DNA of 64,000 nt from Eledone cirrhosa (lineage: Eukaryota), in NCBI GenBank assembly GCA_964016885.1, contig OZ024747.1:14508001-14572000 (forward strand), written 5' to 3'. Positions 13,838 to 28,042 of the stretch are shown in pieces. The notes below the pieces were generated by a model. It saw nothing but the letters and a program-made list of their open reading frames with translations. It made no database searches and was not told the origin of the DNA. The first letter of the stretch is position 1. Every line of letters starts with the position of its first letter. Made by a program: the position numbers and the translations under genes.

Positions 13838-14535
13838 TTTTCCTCTCAAACAGATACACAAAGCGACAGACATAAAGGGTGTGGAATTTTAGATTTTAAA
13901 GTGAGTCGGATAAAGCGTTTGACCATAGAATAGATGAAATATAATGAGAGAGAGAAAAAAAAGACTGTTCAAATATAAGGATTTAGCTCTCGTGAAAGTA
14001 AATTAACAGTATAGAGTTGCAGAGGATGTTAAACGATAGAAAATGGCACGGTGTAGTGAATGGTGATAATATACACAAGGATAATATATATGTAGAGAAT
14101 GAAGTATAGATGTATAGAGTATGATAATAATAATATATTGATATATAATGATGTTTATATAAGGGGATGTCAAGTTACAACCTACACAAGTTTAGAACAG
14201 AATAACGCGTAGAAATGTAGAGAAGAATGATACATCATTCTCAATTAACCGAAGGCAATCTCAACCCTTCACGTCTTCATAGTCAGATACCTCAAAGGCA
14301 TTTTTCAATAGGAACATACCAATGTCCTTTTACAGTACAAGAAACAATTGCTACATTTATACATGGAAGAGCTTTACTCTACATTCTGCCTTTGCATCAA
14401 CAAATATCACACAAATAAAACTCTCGAAAGTCGTTATGGTTTATATCTGCCACCGAAGAAGAGCACAGCAGAATTTGAAACCAGAACGCACAATGCTGGA
14501 GCATATATCGTAAGGTGCCTAGCGCTCAACAATTA

Positions 14536-14703
14536 TCGTACTTCCCAGCGTCGAAGACGCTACTTTTTTCCTAAAATAAGTTTCAAAATTCTACCATGCG
14601 TCCTGGCGACCGAAGGTTGTTTATTATTTTTTTTCAAATTTTTGGTTGTCAAAATTAGGGTGCGTCCTCGAGAATGAAGCGTCTTCGGCGCCGGGAAATA
14701 CGG
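14536..14703. mobile_element. Tc1/mariner-superfamily MITE (CCGTATTT-type TIR) inserted in an old SINE
   Basis: TA|TCGTACTTCCCAGCGTCGAAGACGC ... GCGTCTTCGGCGCCGGGAAATACGG|TA: ~25-bp imperfect TIRs with TA target duplication. Confidence 0.8.
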
Positions 14704-15859
14704 TACGCCAAACCACCAAACTCGAAAACTTGAAAGGCAAAGTGTTGACCTCGACGGTCTTTGAACTCCTACAGATTGGTCTCATATTTTGTGACGATAT
14801 CTCATATATAATATTACAAATTCTGCAACAGATTTATTATGTTTTCTTCTCCAGACCCCGGAAATACTTCAAATTTAATGGATTGCTTTCCTTCCTTCTA
14901 CAAATGTCAATTATGTCTGATATTGGAGAGCGTCTTACACATTTGGACAGGTATTGTTGTTCGACAAACATATCAGAGTGTATCCAAAGGGCAGTATTCG
15001 GCTGAGTGGTACATACTCACCATAATTCTATATCGAATGACTGACTTACACGCTATATGCTATGAATGCTTATATATTTGAATAAGTACTAGTCGTATTC
15101 AAATGTATATGTATACAGAAAAAACCGTATCCAAAAGAGTATTTTCGGCTGATTGGTAAATTGCTCAGTGGTTTTCAAACTGCGTCGCGACATTTTGTGT
15201 TTCACCGCTAACCTATATACATGTGACTAAATTAAATCAAATCTAATCAAATTTTCTTTTTACATATATCTGACTGTAATGTATATATTTGAGATTCGAC
15301 ATAACTAAATGCAAACAGACAGTCGTGAACAAATAATGATGTGTCAGGAAAAAGGTTGAATTTGTCTTTCATCCTTCTAGACTCATTAAAATAAAGTATC
15401 TCGCAAGTATTCGGATCGATTTAATCAACTATTACTTCCATCCAATTTCCGACCTTGTTCATGTAGAAGAAATAATAATTACTGTGTAAATATTGTTTTA
15501 ACTCACCCCTTGATATTTAAGATATCTATGTATCCAATGTCATTATAAGTAGAGGGATTGACACAGTTATCTCCCCATAAATGTGATAAATGTTTCTGTA
15601 CACAACGTATTGGTGAGGTAATAAATATTTATATAATCCAAGGATTACAGAAATAAATATTTATCTATTTAAGAATATTTTGCATAGATGTGATAAATAA
15701 CCATTTCATGCATTATGAATGAAGAATATTTGTTTAACACATGTTACATATATTTAAATATTATTTACCCTATGATTTGGTCATAATAAACACTAAAATG
15801 TTCCATACGTTGGTACCATAAATATTGATTCTGTGTGATATATACATGTTTTATCTCAT

Positions 15860-16170
15860 GCGTGAAGGTATGTGGCTGAGTGGTTAGTGAATTGGATTTA
15901 CAATCGTGAGGTTGTGTGTTCGATTCCCGGACCGGGCGATGCATTATGTCCTTGAGCAAGACACTTTATTTTACGTTGCTCCTTCTACCTGGAGTTGCGA
16001 CCGATAGAGAGTATTAGCAATTGGAAAGACCAATGGAAACATTGTTTCCTCGGTCCGATTTGACGAAACGTTGATCGACTGTCTTATCTCATGCGTGATA
16101 GAACCATATGCTTAGAATTGCATGATTACATCAATGGTCAATGTGCAGGCAGCTCTATTAACCTTTCATT
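15860..16170 (+). mobile_element. Second tRNA-derived SINE family (V/Meta-type central domain)
   Basis: A box TGGCTGAGTGG, B box GTTCGATTCCC, TGTCCTTGAGCAAGACACTTTA core. Homologues at 32563-32780 and 51742-51965. Confidence 0.8.
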
Positions 16171-17005
16171 TGAAATTCTGGCAGTTTGTTGAATGTATGT
16201 CCTGTAGAATAAAGCGTCCTGTTTAGAAATACCAGAATATACATGCAATAGATTTGAACTCATGTTCTAAGATCTCGGAGACAAATATTTTGTTTACACC
16301 AAATTAACGCGAATAAAAAAAAAACGTATAGGTGATTTGAACGAGATGGAGAAGAAGGAAGAAAAAAAAGAGGAGACCAAGAGAGGAGGGGGAAACGAGA
16401 GAGGGATAGAGGGAGACTCCGTGCACATGGGCTTTTAACAGAAATGTTCTGTGGGAGAAGACTAATAGGAAGATAGCAGGATGAAAGGACAAGTGCCGAG
16501 ATGAAAGGATTAGAGAGCAAAAGAGAAAACAACTGTGTGTATGAGTGTGAGTAAGAGGGAGAAAATGAGCGTGATATATATATATATAGAGAGAAATATA
16601 TATAGAGAGGTGAGAGTGAGTTGCTGATATAAAATGGGTGAGAAAGGGAGGGTGAGTGAGAGAGGGAGGGTGAGTGAGAGAGGGAGGGTGAGTGAGAGAG
16701 GGAGGGTGAGTGAGAGGGTGAGGGTGAGTGAGAGAGGGAGGGTGAGTGAGAGAGAAGGAGGGTATGGGACAAGAGGGTAATTTTTAAAAATCTGATTTCT
16801 CTCATTAGACCCCACAAATATTTTAACTGCTTCTTCCTTCCCACCTTCAAACTGAAAGACAATGGAATCGTCCTGTTTATAATAAATAATCTTCAGGAAA
16901 CCAATGTTGCAAGCATATATCTATTTTTACACCTACAAAACACAATACACACGCATATATATGTATGTGTGTGTGTGTGAATGTTTGCGTGTATATATAT
17001 TTTTG

Positions 17006-17113
<108 letters not shown>

Positions 17114-17144
17114 AGCACGCGTAATACATACACACACTAATAAA

Positions 17145-17245
17145 CATGGTATCACAGAAAAATGTATAAACACTTTGATTACCTGTACAGCCAATATTTA
17201 ATAGAATGCTGTTGAAATGTGTATACATATTTGGGGGACACCCTG
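17145..17245. mobile_element. Small decayed Tc1/mariner-type MITE
   Basis: Right TIR ...GTGTATACATATTTGGGGGACACCCTG|TA; degenerate left TIR CATGGTATCACAGAAAAATGTATAAAC. Confidence 0.55.
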
Positions 17246-17365
17246 TATATGTATATATATATATATATATAGCATTAAATATATATTAATATATATATTC
17301 ATTGTTGTGTATTGTTTTCTCTATTACTTTCCGTTTACTTTTCGCATGTATACATACACACGGAG

Positions 17366-17491
<126 letters not shown>

Positions 17492-17523
17492 TTCTTATTG
17501 GCAACATGCCCCTTCCAAAGTAT

Positions 17524-17563
<40 letters not shown>

Positions 17564-17603
17564 GAAAATAGAGAAATTAATGTGAGCAAGAAGCCAACAG
17601 TAA

Positions 17604-18552
17604 TCTATATATATAAAACTGTGGTTGTCTGTCTGTCTATCGATTTTTGGCACACATCTCCTCTTAGAATCTCTCACGGAATTGCACCGAAATTGCTATA
17701 CTTGTACATTGAGCCCTAGCGAAGACATCAGAAAAAAAATTTCAAATTGACCCACCCTATGTGACGAAATCGAATATAATGTATCGATTTTTGAGCGTAA
17801 GTGATCAGTTATTTCCCTTTGTTCTGTTTACATTGAGCGTCTTACGTAAAAAATTACGCTGGCTTTAACAGTTGTCGAGCCAGCAAAATATTGACCTGCA
17901 AAATTCATCAGTTCGAACACTAAGCTTCCGTTTTGCTTCATTTCCATTTAAAAGCATTTTAAAACAATATTTTTACTTGAAAACAAGTCTATTTAAAGAC
18001 TACGTAAAACAAGCAAATATTTCGTCGTTAGGCGTGCAGACAGACAGTCGTGCAGACAGACAGTCGTGCAGAGAGGTGATATAGGCGTGCAGACAGACAG
18101 TCGTGCAGAGAGGTGATATAGGCGTGCAGACAGACAGTCGTGCAGAGAGTTGATATAGGCGTGCAGACAGACAGTCGTGCAGAGAGGTGATATAGGCGTG
18201 CAGACAGACAGTCGTGCAGAGAGGTGATATAGGCGTGCAGACAGACATAACTGATAATTTGGTTACGCTAATGTTTTTCTCTGCGTTGCAGTGTTTACAT
18301 TTTCGATCTTTGTTAATAAATAACCAGTGCAGTTTTTATCCCCAGCATCCTCTTTTGTTATAACATTCGGGTTATCGTTATGTTGTCTTAACTTCATAAG
18401 GCATATTGTTGGTTGAGGGAATATTAATCAAAAACACCACATGCAAGTCTGCACAGTAGACACTACAGTTTTTAAGCCAAAAAAGAAACTTAACATTGTA
18501 ACTTTAACACAGCTACTGAGCGACCCCGAGCAACGCCGGGCTTTACTGCTAG
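17604..18552 (+). mobile_element. Non-autonomous Helitron
   Basis: 5' A|TCTATATATATAAAACT; 3' hairpin CCCGAGCAACGCCGGG followed by CTAG|T. Inserted between A and T with no TSD. Confidence 0.85.
18029..18247 (+). repeat. 37-bp minisatellite (~5-6 units) inside the Helitron
   Basis: Unit AGGCGTGCAGACAGACAGTCGTGCAGAGAGGTGATAT; period measured at 18083 and 18120. Confidence 0.95.
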
Positions 18553-18620
18553 TTCATAATATATAAGTGACTATAACGTCATAATATGTATATATACATA
18601 CATATATCTATATCTATCTA

Positions 18621-18667
<47 letters not shown>

Positions 18668-18746
18668 TATCCGGGAGCTTCCAACAGTAATGGTTGCATT
18701 CTTTAAGGGTATGTCAATATTTATTTATAAAAACTCCTCTATATTA

Positions 18747-18811
18747 TATTTTATCTGATGAAAGCACACCATAATTTAACTTGGTGTCCTTGAAATATGT
18801 ATAATGAAATA
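18747..18811 (+). ncRNA. Minimal type I hammerhead ribozyme, family A (element about 18665-18849)
   Basis: TATTTTAT-CTGATGA-AAG c ACACCA...TGGTGT c CTT-GAAA-T-ATGT-A-TA^ATGAAATA. 8-bp stem I, AUA triplet. Confidence 0.75.
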
Positions 18812-18850
18812 AATATGGTTTTATAAATATAGTTTCCATTTGTTAATATC

Positions 18851-18906
<56 letters not shown>

Positions 18907-18913
18907 ATATATA

Positions 18914-19007
<94 letters not shown>

Positions 19008-19048
19008 AATATATATATATATATGTATAATGTATATATATATATATA

Positions 19049-19281
19049 TAGGACAAAGTATGACCCCGACGGCAGAGCTCAAACAGTTTCGACGGCTATT
19101 TCTGGACTAAGAGCAAACAATAGAGCAAGCAATACAGAAATAGTCCAGAAATAGCCGTCGAAACGGCTTGAGCTCTGCCGTCGGGGTCATAGTTTTCCCC
19201 TATTTCCCACTCTAGTACCCTAAGTATTGAGTACTCTGGTGCGTTATGGTCCATCTGGTTCCTTACCACAATTCTTTTGTT
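19049..19281 (+). mobile_element. Family B fold-back element in (TA)n with hammerhead 3' half
   Basis: Inverted arms about 19049-19108 and 19141-19200; GTC-GAAA-CGGC-ttgagctct-GCCG-TC^GGGGTC; tail with TGAGTAC at 19228. Confidence 0.8.
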
Positions 19282-19315
19282 ATATATCTATCTATATCTA
19301 TATATATATATATAT

Positions 19316-19398
<83 letters not shown>

Positions 19399-19419
19399 AA
19401 ATATAATTCAACGAGAATC

Positions 19420-19454
<35 letters not shown>

Positions 19455-19734
19455 AGAATACAAGTAAACATATGTCATTGCATGGATAAATGATTAAATT
19501 TCCTTTATCACTTTAGTGTAAGGAGAGACTAGAGAAACAATGGGTTGGCTATTGTCCACGCATCAGGACACAACGGCTTTCCAATTGATATTTTAACGAT
19601 AGCATGCAAGTTCATTGTTAGAGTTACTCTCTGCTAACAGCTACGGAAACGATTTGTTTATAGAATGAATAGGGACACACAAACAAACAAACAATCAAAC
19701 AAACCAAAGAAACAAAACAAATATAAGACTGTGT

Positions 19735-19868
19735 AACAAAGGAATTGTGGTAAGGAACTAGATGGACCATAACGCACCAGAGTACTCAATACTTAGGGTA
19801 GTAGAGTGGGAAATAGGAAAAAGTATGACCCCGACGGCAGAGCTCTAGCCGTTTTATACTTTTTCCTA
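19735..19868 (-). mobile_element. Family B element with short inverted arm and 13-bp target-site duplication
   Basis: Homologous to the 19049 copy. TATAAGACTGTGT at 19722-19734 and 19867-19879. Confidence 0.8.
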
Positions 19869-20036
19869 TAAGACTGTGTGTGTATAAATACGTAGGGGAG
19901 ATAAGAAGTGAATATGGAGTAGTAGTAGGTGATGTTGATGAGGAGAAGGAGGTGGAAGGGGAGGAGGAGAAGGAGGCGGAGGAAGAAAAGGGTGGTGGGT
20001 GGAGTAGATGATGATGATTATTATTAGGAGAGGGAA

Positions 20037-20424
20037 GTGTGTGTGTGTGTGCTCTGTGTGTGTGTGTGTGTGTTTGTATGTGCGTGTGTGTGTGTTTGTG
20101 TGTTTGTGTGTGTGCGTGTGTGTGTGAGATGTGTGTGTGTGTGTGTGTGTGTTGTGTGTGTGTTTGTATGTGTGTGTGTTGTGTGTGTGTGTGCATGTTG
20201 TGTGTGTCTGTTTGTATGTGTGTGTGTGTGTGTTTGTATGTGTGTGTGTGTATGTGTGTGTGTGTGTGTTTGTGTGTGTGTGTATGTGCGTGTGTGTGTA
20301 TGTGTATGTGTGTGTGTCTGTGTGTGTTTGTATGTGTGTGTGTATGTGTATGTGTATGTGTGTGTGTGTGCTGTGTGTGTGTGTTTGTATGTGTGTGTGT
20401 GTGTGTGTGTATGTGTTTGTGTGT

Positions 20425-20462
<38 letters not shown>

Positions 20463-20662
20463 CAAGTAAGAATATGTTGAGAAGTAGTAAAAGTGGATTA
20501 TGTGAAGTATATGATGGAAAGAATAGAAAAACTGGAAAATGGTGTAAATATGAGGTAGTAGTAGTAGTGGTAGTAGTGGTAGTAGTTGTAGTGGTAGTGG
20601 TAGTAGTAGTAGTAGTGGTAGTAGTGGTAGTGGTAGTAGTGGTAGTAGTGGTAGTGGTAGTG

Positions 20663-20714
<52 letters not shown>

Positions 20715-20716
20715 TG

Positions 20717-20747
<31 letters not shown>

Positions 20748-20992
20748 TAGTGGTAGTGGTAGTAGTGGTAGTAGTGGTAGTGGTAGTGGTAGTAGTAGTA
20801 GTAGTAGTAGTGGTAGTAGTGGTAGTGGTAGTAGTGGTAGTAATGGTAGTGGTAGTGGTAGTGGTAGTGGTAGTAGTAGTGGTAGTAGTACTGGTAGTAG
20901 TACTGGTAGTAGTAGTGGTAGTAATAGTAGTAGTAGTACTGGTAGTAGTAGTGGTAGTAATAGTAGTGGTAGTAGTAGTGGTAGTAGTAGTA

Positions 20993-21046
<54 letters not shown>

Positions 21047-21185
21047 ATATCAGTAAAAGAAAGAGGAGGGGGATTATGAGATGGATGATGATGATGATGA
21101 TGATGATAATGATGATGATGAAGAAGAAGAAGAAGAAGAAGAAGAAGAAGAAGAAGAAGAAGAAGAAGAAGAAGAAGAAGAAGAA
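20037..21185. repeat. (GT)n, (GTA/GTG)n, (GAT)n and (GAA)n microsatellite block
   Basis: Directly visible. Confidence 0.95.
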
Positions 21186-21514
21186 TTATGGGATAAGAGA
21201 CATACTGGCTAAATCGCTGGAGCATCAGACGCTCTGCCTAGTGTTACTTGTTCTTATTTATGTTGCCAATTCAAATTGTGTCGTAGGCTACTCGGGTGGG
21301 TAGGCTTCCACCGGGTAATGGTGGAATATTGCGGGCAATTTGCTTAGCGAAGTCCACTTCGTTGGAACCATTGAGGCATCTTACTGATATGATTAACACC
21401 TTCCTGTTCATCTCACAAATCTCGGAGACGTTGAATATGAACCTGGGAGCACTGCGCTTGCCCCCGTGACGAAACCGTACTAAAAGGTCAAATCTCAATA
21501 AAATATTTGAAAAA

Positions 21515-21724
21515 TGATTTGTAGTTAGGCACAAGGCCAGCAATTTTGAGAGGGGAAAGTCGATTAAATCGACCCTAGTACGTCACTTGGTGCTTTACTT
21601 TATCGTCCCGTAAGGATGAAAGGCAAAGTTAACCTCAACGGGATTTGAACTCAGACTGTGAAGGACCGTAACTCTATGCTGCAAAGCATGGTGTCCGACT
21701 CTCTACCGATACTGCCAATCCACC
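21515..21724 (-). mobile_element. Nin/Deu SINE, long variant
   Basis: Consensus match including the GGGGAAAGTCGATTAAATCGAC segment. Confidence 0.88.
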
Positions 21725-22264
21725 GAAAAAAATGAAAACAAAATGAGCTGACTGTATTTATTTTATTCCCTCGTCATCGAGTACATCTCTGTGATTACCT
21801 TTCAATATTCGGGCCTCATCAATCTTTGCGCTTTTTCATACAGATTCAAACAAACCTGATGTTGTTGCATGCTATTTCGTTACACACAAGATGCTCAAAC
21901 TCTGTATCAATTACCTGGTGCAAAAGCTTAACGTCCTTACCAATATGCTTGGTCATGATATTTATGTTTTTATTCTCCATATATTTTGACACTGGCGTAT
22001 GAATAGTTGTATAGTGCAGCACTTCTATTTGTTTCCTCATATCATCTTTGGTATCTATGACCAGACATACACTTCCATATGTTTTGTTCTCGTAGATGAA
22101 GTAAACGTGACAAACATCAGTCGAGGCTTCTGCTTCTTTGGATTTTTATTTCTTCTTTTATTTCTCTTTCTATCTTCAGATGAAGGACCAGTTGCCCGAA
22201 AGATTGAAACTATTTGCCTACTCTAGCAAATATTTCTTCATTCTTTTCCTTTGACTTTTCGCAC

Positions 22265-22401
<137 letters not shown>

Positions 22402-22458
22402 TAGATAGAGAGATAGATAGATGTATATATATATATATTTTTTTTTTATTTTATAGAA

Positions 22459-22513
22459 GGAGCTTCTACAGGACTAGTACTGTTTCATTCAGATGAAATC
22501 TTCAGGAAACTCC
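22459..22513 (-). ncRNA. Type I hammerhead ribozyme, family C
   Basis: Minus strand: GGAGTTTC-CTGAAGA-t-TTC atct GAA-t-GAAA-CAG tactagtc CTG-TA^GAAGCTCC. 8-bp stem I, GUA triplet. The family tail (TGAGTAC) follows inverted at 22514-22570. Confidence 0.85.
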
Positions 22514-22568
22514 ATGTATTGAGTACCTTACTTACTGTGGTTATCCCCGACTCAACCCGGGACCTACG

Positions 22569-22607
<39 letters not shown>

Positions 22608-22634
22608 TAGATAGATAGATTTAGATATATATCG

Positions 22635-22735
<101 letters not shown>

Positions 22736-22995
22736 TATGTGTACGTATTTATAGATGTATGAAAGAGATTGTTTAGGCAGGTTAGTACATGATTATTTAG
22801 TTAAACGTTGTGATATGTGATAGGTGAAACACAGCTGGAAAGATGGATATTTAAATGTACGAAAGAGGTAAATAAATGTTTGTGTTGTTTACTTCTTTTG
22901 GTGGCAGATATACACTCAACGATAGGTAAATGAATGGAGAAATGGTAGTGTAATGTTAATAATGCATAATAAACTGAGCTGGGTTAATGGGTTGG

Positions 22996-23061
<66 letters not shown>

Positions 23062-23074
23062 TAATAAAGAAACA

Positions 23075-23126
<52 letters not shown>

Positions 23127-23143
23127 CCCCCCCTCTCTCTCTA

Positions 23144-23178
<35 letters not shown>

Positions 23179-23701
23179 ATCTATCTATATATATATATCT
23201 ATATATATATAAATACATATGTATGTATATATATACATATAAATATATATATGTATATACACACACATATATATATATATATATATTTATATGTATATAT
23301 ATATATGTTTGTATACATATAAATATATATATATACATATATACATACATACATATACATATATATATATATACATACATATATATATATATATGAAGAG
23401 AAACACCTACACTACACACATATATGGAATTGGTAAAAAGAATGTCAAATTTTTAAAGGAGAATTATAAAAGCGGGAGATGTGATTCTAATAAGTTATTA
23501 AAAGTAGGTGTCTAAAATATTACAGATCAAAGGAGATGTTTGTAACGGGAAATACTAACATAATTGCCACTTCTTTCCCCTCTTGTTTATGGATGTCAAA
23601 CAACGTATCAAATCAGGCTTTGATCTCGACAGCCCCATTTCACACTCTTCCTATTTCTGTATCACAGTACTCCCTATATTTCTATATATTTACTATATAT
23701 G

Positions 23702-23760
<59 letters not shown>

Positions 23761-24732
23761 GTATACACACATACACATATAAATATATATATATATATAT
23801 ATCTACATACATACACACATATATATACACACATATATATATACACATATATACACATATATATATATGTATATATATAAGTATATATATATATATGGAT
23901 TTGCTTCTTTGATTTTCTTTTTTCTTTTTTGTATCATATTCGTTTGATTTTAACTATAATATGCTTTTTTCGTTGTTGTTATTTTCGTAATTTTTACTTC
24001 TATTTTAGCTTTCACCTCTTTTTACGACATTTTCTATCTTTCTGTACAACTTGCCACTTATCATCAATCTCTTACACTCTTACACCAAGTTCTCATCTAC
24101 TTCTTTTAGTTTTCTCCTTATTACTCGCATCACATTTCGTAAAATCGCACGTTTTTTCCTTCTCATCTGTCTTCTGTTTGCTATTTAAAATTCCATTAAG
24201 TTTGCCTTTTATTATATCATTTTATTTCTTATGTATTCCTTCTTCCTTATGTTAATTAACCTTCTTCCTATATGTATTTCTTCTTGAATTATTACAATTA
24301 TCAGTGGTTATATTCTATAATTATTTGTTTGTTTGCTTCTCTGTTTCCTCTCATACGTTTCCTTCTCATGTTTAGAAAACCCCACCTCTCTCCCTTTTTG
24401 CGATTATTCCATTGGCTTGTTCTATATACATCGTTCGTTGACATTCTAAAGCAATCATTTAGGAAAAATTAATTTCCCTTATTTTGCGTTTCTTATTGTT
24501 CTCTAACTATATTTTCAAATAGCCGTTCCATAATTCTATTTTAAAACTATTAATCATATTTTTAAGATTTCGAATTGTGGTGTCAATTCAGTTCTCTTCA
24601 ACAAAGGAAAAAAGATGAAATTATATTAAAGGATATTCTATTTCTGTACGTAGATATATATATATATATGTGTGTAAGCCTGAACGTGAATGCGTTTCTA
24701 CACACACGTAGATATAGTATATGTATGTATGA

Positions 24733-24764
<32 letters not shown>

Positions 24765-24791
24765 ATATATACATACATATATATATATATG

Positions 24792-24863
<72 letters not shown>

Positions 24864-25549
24864 CAAAATAAACAAAGAACTCAATACATTATACATGTAG
24901 AAATTCTATGAATGCGATAATATCTTACATCAGAAGAGTTGATATAATACATCTTTGTATCTTGACAAAGGTCAGGATTTCTGACATTTGTAAAGGTATA
25001 ATCATATAGTGAAACAATTGTGCTATACTTATATAAAGACAAATAGATATATTATATAATGTCTGAAGTATCTGCCAATATTTTTCAACGAACAGAAGAC
25101 AAGTGTGCAAGTAGACAAGTCATTCAAACGAAGGCGGCGGCGAATATCTTTGAAATGCAGAAGATATCACACGTATCTTCCTCTAGATATATCATCTATA
25201 TGATTACTTGATATGATAGACATTTCAACCATATCTCCCCAAACCTCACTCTACGTGTTAAAAACGAAAGACTGTGTAGACGTAAATATATATTTAAAAT
25301 ATGGTGACTGCTGTGACGCCTTTTATAATAGCCCGGCTGAGGTCGCTGCATTCGTAAAGTATTTAAAGCGTAGGAGAAATGCTTCGCTGTATATGATCGG
25401 TCTCTTTAGGTTTTATTTTGAAATTTCTCCGAATTGAACTCTGCCTTTCATTCTTCCGAGATTGACAAATGTACATGTTAAAAATGTAATAATTAGTAAT
25501 AATTAGGATATCAGATGAAAGAATGGTATTTAACTAATGTATTGGTACG

Positions 25550-25910
25550 CGATGGGGCCCAGCCACAGCCCAGGCGGGCAGAATGGAGAAGGCGTTTCCC
25601 TGGAGGACGGCAAGGGAGACGCGCTGGAAAAGCCACTCTAACTCGCGCGGCTCTCACCTGCGGCTGGCCAGCTCAGCGCCTATGGTGGTGAGTAAGGAGG
25701 TAGCCCTGAGGCCGAGGACACCAGAAGTCTCGACTGCCAGAGGTACGACCGCAAACCTGTCGGAGAGCGACCGGTATTTGAGGAGTTTGGCCCCTCAGCC
25801 CGACGTGCAGCAGAACCTGGGTCAGTCGCAGACTGCACCAGGTTGTGGCTACAGAAAGTGTCGGTGCAAGTGGCATCCCAGTCGACGTTACCCTGCCCTC
25901 AATTTGTTGG
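25550..25910 (-). pseudogene. CRE-clade-like non-LTR retrotransposon C-terminal RLE fragment
   Basis: Manual translation with one frameshift: WDATCTDTFCSHNLVQSATDPGSAARRAE/AKLLKYRSLSDRFAVVPLAVETSGVLG...EPRELEWLFQRVSLAVLQGNAFSIL. These match the WD-x-T, K-x2-KY, AVET-x-G and QR-x-S-x-A-x2-QGNA motifs. GC-rich island. Confidence 0.85.
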
Positions 25911-26597
25911 CCTTGAGCCAATGTCAGATAGAAGAAATTATTATAAACATGTTGAAACGTGCTTTGGGCTAAATATAAACCCCATCATTGTTCAAATTGA
26001 ATGATTTTGCTTGATAGCCTTCAAATTATATCTTACAGTCTTACAAAAACGAAGTACAAATCAGATAATGTAATCCTAGAAACAGTAAATTTGTAATAGA
26101 ACATAGGATGCCCATGACTGCTTCGTATCTAAACATAGACAGGTCTGCTCGATCATGCCTGAATACATAGATAACGGACGACATATTTTTGTTGTTAATA
26201 TAAACCACAATAACTTTATTTCGTCTATTCCAAATATAGTGACATTTCACAGAATAAGTTATAACAGCTAAATGTTTCAAACATATGTTAATTTGACTAA
26301 GTATAGATTCCGGTACAGCACAAAGTTTATTAAATGTATTTTGTTTGCAGAAGATAATAGCGTTCACTGGTGTGAATTCGTTGAGAAATCACGTTTCAAG
26401 AATTTTTACTTCATTTACAAACCTAATACATATGGGAAATAACGAAACATACACACATGCACACACATTAATGGGTGTATTTTATGTTCAATCAGGCATA
26501 ATGACAGTCAAACATTATCTGATTGAGACTTCATAAATATATGAAGTCTAGATTTTATTTTACTCGTAAAAGAACGAGTGCCAAATTTCTGGCAAAT

Positions 26598-26786
26598 AAT
26601 TGTCTCTACATTAGGCACACGGTCAGCAATTACCCAGTGCATTACTGGTACTTTATTTTATCGACCCCATAAGGATGAAAGGCAAAGTCAACCTCGGCGG
26701 GATTTGAACTCAGATCGTAAAGGGACGTAACTATGCTGGAAAGCATCGCCTCCGACCCTCTACCGATACTGCCAATCCAACGCCCT
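26598..26786 (-). mobile_element. Nin/Deu SINE, with extra duplicated flank to 26850
   Basis: Consensus match; see findings. Confidence 0.88.
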
Positions 26787-26985
26787 TATATATATATAAT
26801 AAAAAGTTACAGTATCGCAAAAGAGGATAGAAAGAGGAGGTATAAAGAGGTTTTCTGGCATATAATATATCTGGCAAATAATATATCTTATTTAGTAAAA
26901 CAACAACTTTTAACTAGATTTGTTTATGAAGTGGTAATGTAATATCATTTTCCCTACCTCTTTTTCTCTACCCAATCTCCCTCTC

Positions 26986-27065
<80 letters not shown>

Positions 27066-27472
27066 TCCCCCTCTCTCTCTCTTCACAAACTGTTGACAAG
27101 ATAGCCAGCAGAGGTAACAACAGCTACTATCTAGAACTCCTACTAATCTAACTATCTCTTAATGTGGTCGTCTTCAGCCAATAAATACATTAAAGTATCC
27201 CCCTCTCTTTCTCACACACATACACACACACATACATACATACACACACAGGCACTCTCTCTCTCTCTCTCTCTCACTCACTCACTCTTTCTCTCTAAAT
27301 ATATCTATCTTTTAACGTAACTTCCCCTCCCCCCTCACTCTCCATATATCTGTCTGATTGATGGTTCTCTGTCAGCCTGTCTACCCATCTATTTATCTAT
27401 CTACCTACCTAATACCTACCTCACTACCTGCCTAACTACCTACGTACCTACCTACCTACCTACCTACCTACC

Positions 27473-27557
<85 letters not shown>

Positions 27558-27593
27558 AGAACTGTTTCATTCTTTAGAAATCATCAGGAAAAA

Positions 27594-27646
27594 GAGATTC
27601 CTGATGATTTCTAAAGAATGAAACAGTTCTAGTCCTGTAGAATCTC
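27594..27646 (+). ncRNA. Type I hammerhead ribozyme, family C (element about 27556-27729)
   Basis: GAGATTC-CTGATGA-t-TTC taaa GAA-t-GAAA-CAG ttctagtc CTG-TA^GAATCTC. Perfect 7-bp stem I. Inverted partial copy at 27556-27590; tail TGAGTAC at 27681. Confidence 0.85.
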
Positions 27647-27798
27647 ATCTATATTAAAACTTTTATACTCTGCAATGTATTGAGTACCTTACTTACTGTG
27701 GTTACCTCCGATTCAACCCGGAATAACGTATATATATATATATATAGGCAAAATAATTAATGAAAGTGTTACAAGCCGTTAAAACATATCTTTATAAA

Positions 27799-27838
27799 GC
27801 TCTTACACATGTTTCGCCGAATGGGACTCGTCTGACGC
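27799..27838 (-). other. Decayed hammerhead relic
   Basis: Minus strand: CAGACGA-GTC ccattc GGC-GAAA-C-ATGT-G-TA. Core U4 is changed and stem I is broken. Confidence 0.4.
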
Positions 27839-28042
27839 AGATATTAAGGCAAAGTTTTTTTTATTAAATACCCTATCGGGTAAAATAATACTTTCACATC
27901 AGAATGCATATTACATATACGTTGTTAAGTATTAAACAATGGTGGAAAGATGGCATGTAATACTCTGTATCGCACCTCTTTATACCTCCTCTTTCTATCC
28001 TCTTTTACGATACTGTAACTTTTTATTATATATATATATAAG

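Noticed and set aside
16865-16905. Minus-strand CTGAAGA resembling family C
   Set aside because: GAAA and stems are not recoverable; at most a relic.
18029-18247. Second 37-bp array as CRISPR, or as the coding repeat ORF 18000-18248
   Set aside because: No spacers; it is a tandem minisatellite inside a Helitron.
21846-22100. Minus-strand ORF as a possible GIY-YIG or host exon
   Set aside because: No diagnostic motif could be confirmed by eye.
25583-25972. 129-aa plus-strand ORF in the GC-rich island
   Set aside because: It is the antisense shadow of the CRE-like RLE relic on the minus strand.
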